From NCBI GenBank assembly GCA_024641665.1, contig JAHECP010000009.1:3038-67037 (forward strand): a DNA stretch of 64,000 nt, in the 5' to 3' direction. Position 1 is the first letter of the stretch, and every line of letters begins with the position of its first letter. The notes under the pieces were generated by a model, which was given only the letters and a program-made list of their open reading frames with translations, ran no database searches and was not told the origin of the DNA. The position numbers and the translations under genes are program-made. Below, piece by piece: positions 1 to 7,762 of the stretch. The stretch is from Acidobacteriota bacterium (GTDB taxonomy: Bacteria; Acidobacteriota; Vicinamibacteria; Vicinamibacterales; JAHECP01).

Positions 1-1827
1 GTACGGCAGCCCCCGGTCGGAGCCAAAATGGCGGCGGCTTTGGCTGTCGCTCAAGGCGCCCCGGAGGCCATCCACGATCGCGATCGCCTTCCGGATGTAG
101 ACCTCTGCCTCGTCAAGTCGTCCGAGCTTCACGAGAGATCGACCAAGGCCCGTGAAGACGCGCCAGGTGTTGTCCGGATCGGGCTGTGCGATGTGGCCGG
201 CCGTTGTCAATGCCTCTTCGAATCGTGCAAGCGCGGTAGTAGGGTCCTCGAGGAGGTCCAGGTACAACTCAGCGATGTTGGTTTGCGTCTGAAGCACGCG
301 GTCGGCGTCGCTCGACTTACGGTCCAGAGCGAGCGTTTCGTTATAAAGCGGCAGAGCGTCGGCGGCATTGCCAGCGAGGGTGTACGCCGTTGCCAAGCTA
401 TCCAATGTGTCACCAAATGTGACCTGCCGCTTGCCGCGCGCCGCAAGGCGTCGTTGAATATCGGCCGCTTCGCGTAGTAAGGGCAAGCCGTCCGACATGC
501 TGTCCAATTCGTCAACCAGCACGTTACCGAGATCCGTCAGATCGTCCGCAACCCGTCCGTCATCCTGGAGAACGCGATCGATTTCGAGAGCCTTCTCGTA
601 GGCACCCTTCGCGGCGGTGGGAATGCCGCGCTCTCGGTACAGAGTCCCGAGATCTAGCTCCGCTGTACTGTAGGCCCGCATAACCGCGGCGTCCGGCGGT
701 TGCCGCCGCAGAGAGTCCAAGGCGTCAAGGTATGCCCGGAGCGACGCATCGAGTTGACCTGCTAGTTGCAGGGCCTGTGCGTAATTGATGACAAGCCGCG
801 CGTACAGGAGGTCGTGAACGAGGTGCGACTGCGACCAGATCGCGAGCGCGCTTTCGTATCGTGTGAGCGAATCAGCCTTCCTATCCAGTTGAAGCGAAAT
901 GTCGCCAAGAATCTTCCAGAGCCAGGCGCTATCCTCTGGTGCGAGCGTCTTGTCGAGAGCGGTGAGAGCAGCGAGGGCCTGATCCTCAACAGCGCTAAGC
1001 CGCTTTTCATCATCCCCGGCGCCCTCTCTGGCGCGTTCAAGGGCATCGGGGCTGACTGCACTCTTGGGCGGTGCGGTCGTCGACGGTTCGCCCGTGAAGT
1101 CGATGTGGCGCGATGGAGCCTCAATCTCCTCTTTCCTGCCAGCCTCGTCCGTGAATGTACAACGAATTGTCCAGGTGTAGTGCGAGCCGATCGTCAGTTG
1201 AGAGGAGTCGTCACGGGTCAAGACATATGGGGACTGGTTGACGGAGCGGATTAGGGACCGCCCGGATGCTGATGGCGTGAATGCAATGGTGCACGGGCCA
1301 TCAATACCGGTCGCCTGCCAGGAGAATTGTTCCCAGACGGAGACCATGGCGCCGTCGGTCGGAGACGTAAGGATCAGTGCGCGCTGTGATCGAAATGGTG
1401 CTGGTGGTGTGGGTCGTGGTTGAAGGACCCGGGCGCCAATGATCCCGATAATGACGACAAGGGTGCCGCCGACCGCCAACGTCACCCAGCGACCGAGGAC
1501 GTCGGGCTGCTTTGTTTCAGATAGTTGGTCGTACTGCCGACGGCAAGCAGGGCAGACCAGAACATGCCACTGGTCGACGGAGATCGCGCTGGCGGCAGTT
1601 GGGACGAAGCCGGTTGCCTTCAGCGCCTTGAGTCGTCGCGTCGCGAGGTGATCCCATGTCTTGCGCAGTGGACCAACGACGTGGACATCGAATTCCAGTG
1701 CCCGTCCGAGCAGCGTCGCGCATTCCTGGCAATCAGCGACGTGGCTCCGCAGGGTAGCGAGCTGCTCATCAGTTTCAATCAGATGCGGATCTTTCGCAAA
1801 CGCCCGAAGCGCCTGGTGGTCGAGCAT
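1..1827 (-). CDS. Anti-sigma factor with an N-terminal zf-HC2-type anti-sigma domain, one TM helix and C-terminal TPR repeats; the 3' end runs off the window
   Basis: Not in the ORF track because there is no stop inside the window. My minus-strand translation from ATG 1827-1825 stays open for 609 codons down to base 1. It begins MLDHQALRAFAKDPHLIETDEQLATLRSHVADCQECATLL (H-x3-C-x2-C anti-sigma motif). A hydrophobic helix WVTLAVGGTLVVIIGIIGA follows, then TPR-like repeats (e.g. AELDLGTLYRERGIPTAAKGAYEKALEI). It starts 7 nt after the sigma-factor stop. Confidence 0.75.
   Translation of the reverse strand, partial: MLDHQALRAFAKDPHLIETDEQLATLRSHVADCQECATLLGRALEFDVHVVGPLRKTWDHLATRRLKALKATGFVPTAASAISVDQWHVLVCPACRRQYDQLSETKQPDVLGRWVTLAVGGTLVVIIGIIGARVLQPRPTPPAPFRSQRALILTSPTDGAMVSVWEQFSWQATGIDGPCTIAFTPSASGRSLIRSVNQSPYVLTRDDSSQLTIGSHYTWTIRCTFTDEAGRKEEIEAPSRHIDFTGEPSTTAPPKSAVSPDALERAREGAGDDEKRLSAVEDQALAALTALDKTLAPEDSAWLWKILGDISLQLDRKADSLTRYESALAIWSQSHLVHDLLYARLVINYAQALQLAGQLDASLRAYLDALDSLRRQPPDAAVMRAYSTAELDLGTLYRERGIPTAAKGAYEKALEIDRVLQDDGRVADDLTDLGNVLVDELDSMSDGLPLLREAADIQRRLAARGKRQVTFGDTLDSLATAYTLAGNAADALPLYNETLALDRKSSDADRVLQTQTNIAELYLDLLEDPTTALARFEEALTTAGHIAQPDPDNTWRVFTGLGRSLVKLGRLDEAEVYIRKAIAIVDGLRGALSDSQSRRHFGSDRGLPY
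1536..1800. repeat. Copy 1 of a 265-bp direct repeat (inside the full-length anti-sigma gene)
   Basis: Direct comparison with 2678-2942 shows a single mismatch (t at 1600 vs c at 2742). All three reading frames in the ORF track give identical peptides except at that one position. Confidence 0.95.
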
Positions 1828-1834
1828 GATTTTC

Positions 1835-2641
1835 TCAATCCTCGTCAGCGTTGACTTGCCGGAGGGAAACCTCGATGTTCAAGACTTTGCTCCCGGTAGT
1901 GGCCGCAGCCCTGTACGGCCGAAAGCCCTCTGTTTGTACGGTCAGCCAGTATTCTCCTGGCGGTATTAAGGGAAGAGTGAATGCTCCCCCCTTACTCGTT
2001 CGGACCTCTCTTGTTAAGGGCACCTTGTCCCCCCGAATGCGCACGCGAGCGCCCTGGAGCGGTTTACCGTCAGGGGATCTCACTACCCCGGTGACCTTTC
2101 CCCAATCAAGCGCGGCTTGAATCACTGATCTGGCCCTCTGTGCGCGCTTGCAGGCCGTTGATGGTGCACAGCGGAGCTGTTGGCCGATGGCGCCATAAGT
2201 GAGGCGTTCGAGGTCAGCAAGGACAAACGCATCTCGGTATTCCTTGGGCAGTGTGGCAATGATTCGCCACAAGGAGCTCTGGTCGAACTCGGCGGATGAT
2301 TCCCCTCTATCGTCTGGAAGCCCCTTTTCCGGCAGAGGGCTAAGGACAGAATCACGATTCGACTTCTTCCTTCTTTCCAGCGAAACATTCTTGCCGATCG
2401 TATAGAGCCAACCAATTCGGTGTTGATCCGACTGAGGTGCGCGTCCCCCAACCTCGACCGAACGGAGCAGGATGTCCTGAAGTAGATCACGCGCATCTTC
2501 GGAAGCTTCAGATCGTCTGAGAGCAAAGCCACGAAGCCGGCCGCCATTCCGCTCAAGAAAGGCTTCGAGCCAGCTTAGAAACGTCACTGAAATGCCCCTT
2601 CGCGCAGAAAAAGCCCCCGTACGTAAACGGACGAGGGCCAT
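1835..2641 (-). CDS. ECF (group 4) sigma-70 factor with a C-terminal carboxypeptidase-regulatory-like (CarboxypepD_reg) beta-sandwich extension
   Basis: ORF-track entry 1835..2707. Region 2-like segment ARDLLQDILLRSVE...HRIGWLYTIGKNVSLERRKK. Region 4-like segment LPKEYRDAFVLADLERLTYGAIGQQLRCAPSTACKRAQRARSVI. The tail GKVTGVVRSPDGKPLQGARVRIRG...FTLPLIPPGEYWLTVQTEGF is a typical CarboxypepD_reg pattern. I prefer ATG 2641 as the start because the 2707 start lies inside repeat copy 2; the start remains uncertain. Confidence 0.8.
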   Translation of the reverse strand: MALVRLRTGAFSARRGISVTFLSWLEAFLERNGGRLRGFALRRSEASEDARDLLQDILLRSVEVGGRAPQSDQHRIGWLYTIGKNVSLERRKKSNRDSVLSPLPEKGLPDDRGESSAEFDQSSLWRIIATLPKEYRDAFVLADLERLTYGAIGQQLRCAPSTACKRAQRARSVIQAALDWGKVTGVVRSPDGKPLQGARVRIRGDKVPLTREVRTSKGGAFTLPLIPPGEYWLTVQTEGFRPYRAAATTGSKVLNIEVSLRQVNADED

Positions 2642-2657
2642 ATGAAGGGCGGCTTCA

Positions 2658-2984
2658 TCAACCAAGCTGATGATAACGCCGACGGCAAGCAGGGCAGACC
2701 AGAACATGCCACTGGTCGACGGAGATCGCGCTGGCGGCAGTCGGGACGAAGCCGGTTGCCTTCAGCGCCTTGAGTCGTCGCGTCGCGAGGTGATCCCATG
2801 TCTTGCGCAGTGGACCAACGACGTGGACATCGAATTCCAGTGCCCGTCCGAGCAGCGTCGCGCATTCCTGGCAATCAGCGACGTGGCTCCGCAGGGTAGC
2901 GAGCTGCTCATCAGTTTCAATCAGATGCGGATCTTTCGCAAATGCGCGGAGATGGGCCGCGCACGCGATGACGGTCGGCTTCAC
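2658..2984 (-). CDS. Truncated duplicate of the anti-sigma N-terminal (zf-HC2) domain: 108 aa, no TM or TPR part; either a gene fragment or a soluble anti-sigma domain
   Basis: ORF-track 2658..2984: MKPTVIACAAHLRAFAKDPHLIETDEQLATLRSHVADCQECATLL...VLVCPACRRRYHQLG. From AFAKDP to CPACRR it is identical to the 1-1827 protein. It ends just after the repeat boundary. Confidence 0.5.
   Translation of the reverse strand: MKPTVIACAAHLRAFAKDPHLIETDEQLATLRSHVADCQECATLLGRALEFDVHVVGPLRKTWDHLATRRLKALKATGFVPTAASAISVDQWHVLVCPACRRRYHQLG
2678..2942. repeat. Copy 2 of the 265-bp direct repeat (upstream of the ECF sigma gene)
   Basis: 264/265 identical to 1536-1800. The flanks on both sides are unrelated. Confidence 0.95.
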
Positions 2985-4066
2985 GAGGGTCCTCCTTGGG
3001 TTTCAGGAACGGGGGAACAAAGGGGCCGGGGCGATCCGTGTGGGTCGCTCCACGCGTTCAAGTCAAGCGGCCGAAGTCGGACTGGGACAGTGCTGGGCGA
3101 ATGACCTGGCGGGAACCCGCCATATAGGGAAGAGGCCGTCAGGAGATGGCAAGGCACTCGCCCGACCGAATGACACGGCGGATGACGCCATTCATGAGTG
3201 TGGGCCGCTTGACGGCGGGCAGGCGCACCTATGATACACGATGCCGCCCGCATGAGTCAATGTAAGTACTTATAACAAAGGGACTTACCTATGTGCTGGG
3301 AAGAGAGTCTTTCATCGGAGGCGCATCGACGATTTCGAACTCACCGCTGGTCGACCGGACAGATGCGCGCCGCAGGCTGGCAGATCGTTGGAAGGATCGA
3401 GGCGTTCGAACAGACCGGTCGTCTGGAAGCCGCCACGCACGAAGCGGACTACCTTTTCGACTTTCTCCGGGCTGATGCCCAGATTGTCTTCGGTAGCCTC
3501 GCGGCTTCCAGTTCGACAACGAACGACGCCGCGATGATCCACGAGCAGCGCGTCGAGGTGTTGCAGTGAAACAGCGAGCACAAACCCAGCGGGGTGTCGC
3601 CGCCGGAGTCCTCCGGGTAATCGCTGCCGGCGGAAGGTCTGCAAGCGATATCGCTCTACCTGACGTCGGAAACGCGCAAGCTGATCGAGCCCGCGCCTGG
3701 AATGTCCCATTCCTACGCAAGCGCGCGCTCGACAATCTCTCGGCCATCGAGGCGCTTGGCGTCGGGCTCGACAGGCAACTCGTGCTGGTTCGATCCGCGC
3801 ACTGGGCCGAACGCTCATGCCCTCGGGCCTCAAGCCGCAACACGTCAAGTGAACGCGGTCCCCCGCACACCTTGACAGCCGCCCTCTTCATAGGAGGGTC
3901 TGGGGCATCCCAAAGACCGCTGATCATCGCGACGCGATGGCACGGTCTGAACCTGACAAGGCATCTCACGACGTTGTGAGCCTTGTTCGTGCCCCCGACT
4001 GTCGGGTCTGCTTTCGGCGCAGCGTTAACCGGGGCATCGCCGCCCCATCACCACGAGGAGGTCGAG

Positions 4067-4183
4067 ATGAGGAGAGTCTACGACGGCGAGTGCATTCCCC
4101 CTGGGTCGTTCTGTGGTGGTGATTCAGTACCGCCTGGGACGTTCCACGGTGGTGACAGCGTGCCGCCTGGCACGTTCCACTAA
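4067..4183 (+). CDS. 38-aa mini-ORF with three PPG-containing repeats; candidate leader peptide
   Basis: ATG 4067 is preceded by GAGGAGG (4055-4061). The peptide is MRRVYDGECIPPGSFCGGDSVPPGTFHGGDSVPPGTFH. It is the last part of ORF-track entry 3983..4183. It is followed 8 nt later by a strong hairpin. Confidence 0.35.
   Translation: MRRVYDGECIPPGSFCGGDSVPPGTFHGGDSVPPGTFH
4097..4180. repeat. 33-bp tandem repeat, about 2.5 units
   Basis: Units at 4097-4129, 4130-4162 and 4163-4180 (partial). They encode (I/V)PPG(S/T)F(C/H)GGDS. Confidence 0.9.
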
Positions 4184-4190
4184 AGCCACT

Positions 4191-4221
4191 GCCCCGGCGG
4201 GGCCTCGCGCCCCGCCGGGGC
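4191..4221 (+). terminator. GC-rich hairpin (13-bp perfect stem, 5-nt loop) without a U-tract; possible attenuator or terminator
   Basis: gccccggcggggc (4191-4203) / ctcgc / gccccgccggggc (4209-4221) are exact reverse complements. No T-run follows, so this is not a canonical intrinsic terminator. Confidence 0.4.
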
Positions 4222-4315
4222 CTCGGCTCGCAGGAGGACGGGCATGGTGGGGCTTCTCATCTTCTTGGCGCGCCTGCTCGCACCAGACGGCAGCCGCGAG
4301 GAGCGTACGGAATCC

Positions 4316-4594
4316 ATGGCTCAGACGATCTACTACCGCACACGGGACGGACAGGCGGATTACCGCTTTTCGATTGAGCGCCAGTCAGACGGCACGTACC
4401 AGTCCTTCATTCTCTCTCAGCCCAATTACGGATCGCGAGCCACGGGAGCGCACGACACGCATCGTTTGACCGCCAGTGGCCGCCGGTACGTCTGTTGGAA
4501 TCGGCCGCTGCAGAATGCGGAAGAGGCAAAGAGTGTGGCCGCGCTGTGGGCCGATGCCACCCAGGAGTACATCAGGACCGGTCGACGATTCTAA
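4316..4594 (+). CDS. Hypothetical 92-aa protein, first full gene of the JAB-E1 cluster
   Basis: ORF-track 4244..4594 trimmed to ATG 4316 (GAGGAG lies 12 nt upstream). Sequence: MAQTIYYRTRDGQADYRFSIERQSDGTYQSFILSQPNYGSRATGAHDTHRLTASGRRYVCWNRPLQNAEEAKSVAALWADATQEYIRTGRRF. No family that I recognise. Confidence 0.7.
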   Translation: MAQTIYYRTRDGQADYRFSIERQSDGTYQSFILSQPNYGSRATGAHDTHRLTASGRRYVCWNRPLQNAEEAKSVAALWADATQEYIRTGRRF

Positions 4595-4608
4595 AGGTGG
4601 GGACAACC

Positions 4609-6090
4609 ATGAGGCGACCCCGCTGGTGCGAACGGATGACAAGAGATGGCGCACTGTCGGCTATGAAGATCTCCCGCCAGGTATTGGGACGCATCCGGGA
4701 CACCGTCGGTTCGATGCCCCCGGAGACCGGAGGCATGTTAGGTGGAAATCGTGATGTGGGTATGGTCACCCATTTCCATTTCGACCAGGCGGCGACCCAA
4801 ACCGGCGCGACGTACTCGCCGGATTGCGAGCTGCTGAACCGCATTCTCAGCGAGGAATGGAATCCCGCCGGCGTTCGGCTGATGGGCTTCGTACATTCAC
4901 ACCCACGATCGTGTCGGACGCCGTCTGGCGGCGACGAGGTGTACGCGAACAGGATTCTCGCGGCCATTCCGGACATGGATCGGCTGCTGTTGCCGATCGT
5001 GATGACCGATGGCGACAAGGGTCGTTTTGAGCTTCTAGGGTTCACGGCTACTCGGAACGCGGACACGTTGGCGGTCCAGAAGATCCCGATCGCCGTGGAA
5101 GACCAAGACGTCGCCGCCGAAACATGCGTGTCGTTCAAGGAGTTGGCGACCTTTGCGCGGGTGCGTCGGGCCTACGACCTCGACCAGCTTCAGCGTGCGA
5201 GAATCGTCGCGGTCGGGTGCGGCGGGGCCGCCGAGTTTCTCGAGGCGCTCGCGAGAGCGGGTGTGGGAGAATTCGTGCTCATCGACGGGGATGTCGTGTC
5301 AGAGACCAACCTCGCCACCCAACAGACATATCGGTGCGACATTGGCCGCATGAAGGTGGAGGCTATTGCCGAGCGAATCGAGGACATCAATCCTCATGCG
5401 ATCGTGAAGCCGTTGTACCTCTTCTCGCACCAACTCGCGGACGAGGATTTTGGGAGGCTGCTTCGTGTTGTGCGTCGCCGGGAGCAGCCCGGCGTAACGC
5501 TACTCTGCGGCATGACGGATTCGTTCCGGGCGCAGGCGCGCGTCAATCGTTTGGCCCTGCAGTATGTGGTGCCCAGCCTGTGTGCCCAGGTCTACTTCGA
5601 AGGGCGCGGCGCCGAAGTGACGTTCACACATCCCGAGACGACGCCCGCATGCCACCGCTGCATGCTGAGCAGTCGCTATCAGGCGTACCTTCACGAAGGG
5701 TTCCGCAACGAGACGACGTCGGACGGCACACCGATCGGATCCACAGGGCGCCTCAATGCATTGAAATTCCTCGTCGCGATGGCACTCTTGCATCACGGCA
5801 CGGAGCATCCCCGATGGGGCCAGATGCTGCACCGGATCGGCAACCGGAACCTCATTCAGGTACGCCTGGATCCCGATCTCGATCTGCCCGTGTTCGATCG
5901 GGTGTTCGGGACCGCGGATAGGACGCGGATCTTCTGCGACGAGACCGTGTGGTTGCCGCAGTTGCCCGACAATCCGGCCAACGGCTATCCAACGTGCCCC
6001 GACTGCGGTGGGACCGGCGATCTCCGGCACGCCATGGGAACCATTCCTGACACGCGAGAAGTGAGGTGTCAACCATGTGGCAATTTCTGA
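4609..6090 (+). CDS. JAB/JAMM metallopeptidase fused to an E1-like (ThiF/MoeB-type) adenylation domain
   Basis: ORF-track 4495..6090 trimmed to ATG 4609, 15 nt after the previous stop and with AAGGTGGGG upstream. JAMM motifs are PPETGGMLGG and HSHPRSCRTPSGGD (HxHx7Sx2D). The E1 Rossmann segment is RIVAVGCGGAAEFLEALARAGVGEFVLIDGDVVSETNL. CxxC pairs are CHRC and CPDC. Confidence 0.85.
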   Translation: MRRPRWCERMTRDGALSAMKISRQVLGRIRDTVGSMPPETGGMLGGNRDVGMVTHFHFDQAATQTGATYSPDCELLNRILSEEWNPAGVRLMGFVHSHPRSCRTPSGGDEVYANRILAAIPDMDRLLLPIVMTDGDKGRFELLGFTATRNADTLAVQKIPIAVEDQDVAAETCVSFKELATFARVRRAYDLDQLQRARIVAVGCGGAAEFLEALARAGVGEFVLIDGDVVSETNLATQQTYRCDIGRMKVEAIAERIEDINPHAIVKPLYLFSHQLADEDFGRLLRVVRRREQPGVTLLCGMTDSFRAQARVNRLALQYVVPSLCAQVYFEGRGAEVTFTHPETTPACHRCMLSSRYQAYLHEGFRNETTSDGTPIGSTGRLNALKFLVAMALLHHGTEHPRWGQMLHRIGNRNLIQVRLDPDLDLPVFDRVFGTADRTRIFCDETVWLPQLPDNPANGYPTCPDCGGTGDLRHAMGTIPDTREVRCQPCGNF

Positions 6091-7502
6091 TTGGCGGGGA
6101 CTCTGCATTCGCCGCTCTCAAAGAACGGGTCATCGGCGCGTGCGTGGTCTTCCAGCAACAGCCGATGCCGCCCGGGTCGACGCCGACGACCGCGAGGGTG
6201 GGGGTGGAAGTCCGGGCTGCGGACGGCACCGCGACTCTGTTTGTGGAGCGCGGCGTCCAGTACGCAGGCCCAAGCGACGCAGCCCGCCGCTGGCTCGCCG
6301 ACGGGCACATAGAGTTCGACAACTTCGATCAGATGCGCCAATGGATCCAGGTCGACCTGAAGGCCTGCTATACGTCGCCAGCCGATTCGCAGACTCGGCC
6401 GACCCGACGTGAAGACAGCTCCACCCTGGCCGCCGGTGAACTGACTGACCTCCGAGCCGTCGACCGCCAACTTCCTAGGGGTCCGACTGCCACGAACATC
6501 GACGAGAACGGGCTGTTTCAGCAGTTGGTCAGGAGAATTCGAGGGCAGGACGACGCGATGGGGCTGCTTGCCAAACAGGTTCACCGCCATCTGGCTCGGC
6601 GCACGCCCCGGCGTCCGTCAACACTCATGGCGTTGGGGCCGACAGGTGTTGGGAAGACGGCGTCTGCCGAATGCTTGCCAGCCATGCTCCAGGGCCGACT
6701 GCCTGACGGGGCCCAATACGGCTATCTGCGACTCGACATGTCCGAGTACCAGGAGCGCCATCGCATCAGCCAACTGCTGGGGGCACCGCAGGGGTATCTC
6801 GGCTACGACGAAGGCGCGCAGTTGACCAACACCCTCCGGCTCAACCCGCGAACCATCGTCCTGTTCGACGAGATTGAGAAGGCCCACCCTGACATCCTGC
6901 GCGCGCTGATGAATGCGATGGATGCCGGACGCCTCTCCAGCGCCTCGGCAACCGGCGCAGCAGGCCATGAGATCGACTGCCGGCGTGCGATGTTCATCTT
7001 CACCAGCAACCTGGACGCGGGAGGCATTCTGCAGGACCTGAAGACGCGAAACGCGTTCGGCCATCGGAGCGCCGTGGACGCCGTGTGCCGGAACCGCCTG
7101 CGAGCCGCTGGCGTGGCGCCAGAACTCATCGGCCGGATCGGGTGCTTTCTGGTTTTTCGGCCGCTCGACCGAGAGGCCCGCGCGGAGATTGTCACGTTGG
7201 CCATCACGAGGGTCGCCGAGGAGTACGGCGTGCGGGTGACCGGGATCGATCCCACCGTTGTGGCCGACATCCTTAAAGCCTCTCCAGACGAGGGGTTCGG
7301 CGCCCGTCCGGATGAGTACCTGATCGACGAACTGCTCGGGTCATGTTTGGCGGAGGCGGCGGCCGCAGGTCTTGAACAGCCCGCATTGGTTGAAGCGGGT
7401 CCTCCGTACCGATGTGTGCCGTTCGACAGCCGCGCGGCCTTGTCCCTCGACCAATCTGATGCGACCCTCGGAGACAAGCCACGCAAGGAACATCAGATGT
7501 GA
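6075..7502 (+). CDS. AAA+ ATPase of the ClpA/ClpB second-module type (AAA_2 plus D2-small) with an unrecognised ~190-aa N-terminal region
   Basis: ATG 6075 overlaps the E1 stop (6088-6090) by 16 nt. Walker A is LGPTGVGKT and Walker B is IVLFDEIEKAHPD. DMSEYQERH and GAPQGYLGY are typical of Clp D2 modules. Confidence 0.85.
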   Translation: MWQFLIGGDSAFAALKERVIGACVVFQQQPMPPGSTPTTARVGVEVRAADGTATLFVERGVQYAGPSDAARRWLADGHIEFDNFDQMRQWIQVDLKACYTSPADSQTRPTRREDSSTLAAGELTDLRAVDRQLPRGPTATNIDENGLFQQLVRRIRGQDDAMGLLAKQVHRHLARRTPRRPSTLMALGPTGVGKTASAECLPAMLQGRLPDGAQYGYLRLDMSEYQERHRISQLLGAPQGYLGYDEGAQLTNTLRLNPRTIVLFDEIEKAHPDILRALMNAMDAGRLSSASATGAAGHEIDCRRAMFIFTSNLDAGGILQDLKTRNAFGHRSAVDAVCRNRLRAAGVAPELIGRIGCFLVFRPLDREARAEIVTLAITRVAEEYGVRVTGIDPTVVADILKASPDEGFGARPDEYLIDELLGSCLAEAAAAGLEQPALVEAGPPYRCVPFDSRAALSLDQSDATLGDKPRKEHQM

Positions 7503-7555
7503 GAGCCGCCGACCTTTTCCACTTCGAGAATCAGCGAGACAGCCAGGAGACGTCA

Positions 7556-7747
7556 ATGACCGACCACTGCTCGTTCGATCTCGGCGCCGTTACGGTCACG
7601 CTCATCGTCGTTGTAGCCATGGTCGCGATCGTCATCCGTCTCATTCCGGCCCTGCGTCAGATGGTGTGGCAGGTACTGCCCGGGATTTTAGCGCTGTGGC
7701 TGATCGTGGCCGTGCTCCGCGGCATGGTGAAGAAGTTGCTCGGATAG
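7556..7747 (+). CDS. Small membrane protein (63 aa, two predicted TM helices)
   Basis: ORF-track 7499..7747 trimmed to ATG 7556 (AGGAGA lies 6 nt upstream). Hydrophobic runs are AVTVTLIVVVAMVAIVIRLI and VLPGILALWLIVAVL. It lies 54 nt after the AAA+ stop on the same strand. Confidence 0.5.
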   Translation: MTDHCSFDLGAVTVTLIVVVAMVAIVIRLIPALRQMVWQVLPGILALWLIVAVLRGMVKKLLG

Positions 7748-7762
7748 CAGCAGCCCAGACCA

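Noticed and set aside
3200-3290. A TTGACG...TATGAT promoter-like pair and an A+T-rich GTAAGT...ACTTAC inverted repeat
   Set aside because: The spacer is about 15 nt rather than 17, and no credible gene lies downstream on the plus strand. This is too weak to call.
3289-3979. Overlapping ORFs between the sigma locus and the JAB-E1 cluster; the tail of 3312..3848 (minus) reads GSREATEDNLGISPEKVEKVVRFV, faintly like a LuxR/sigma-type HTH
   Set aside because: The upstream two-thirds of every frame is Arg-rich nonsense and no frame gives a coherent protein. At best this is a decayed HTH gene remnant, so it is not reported as a feature.
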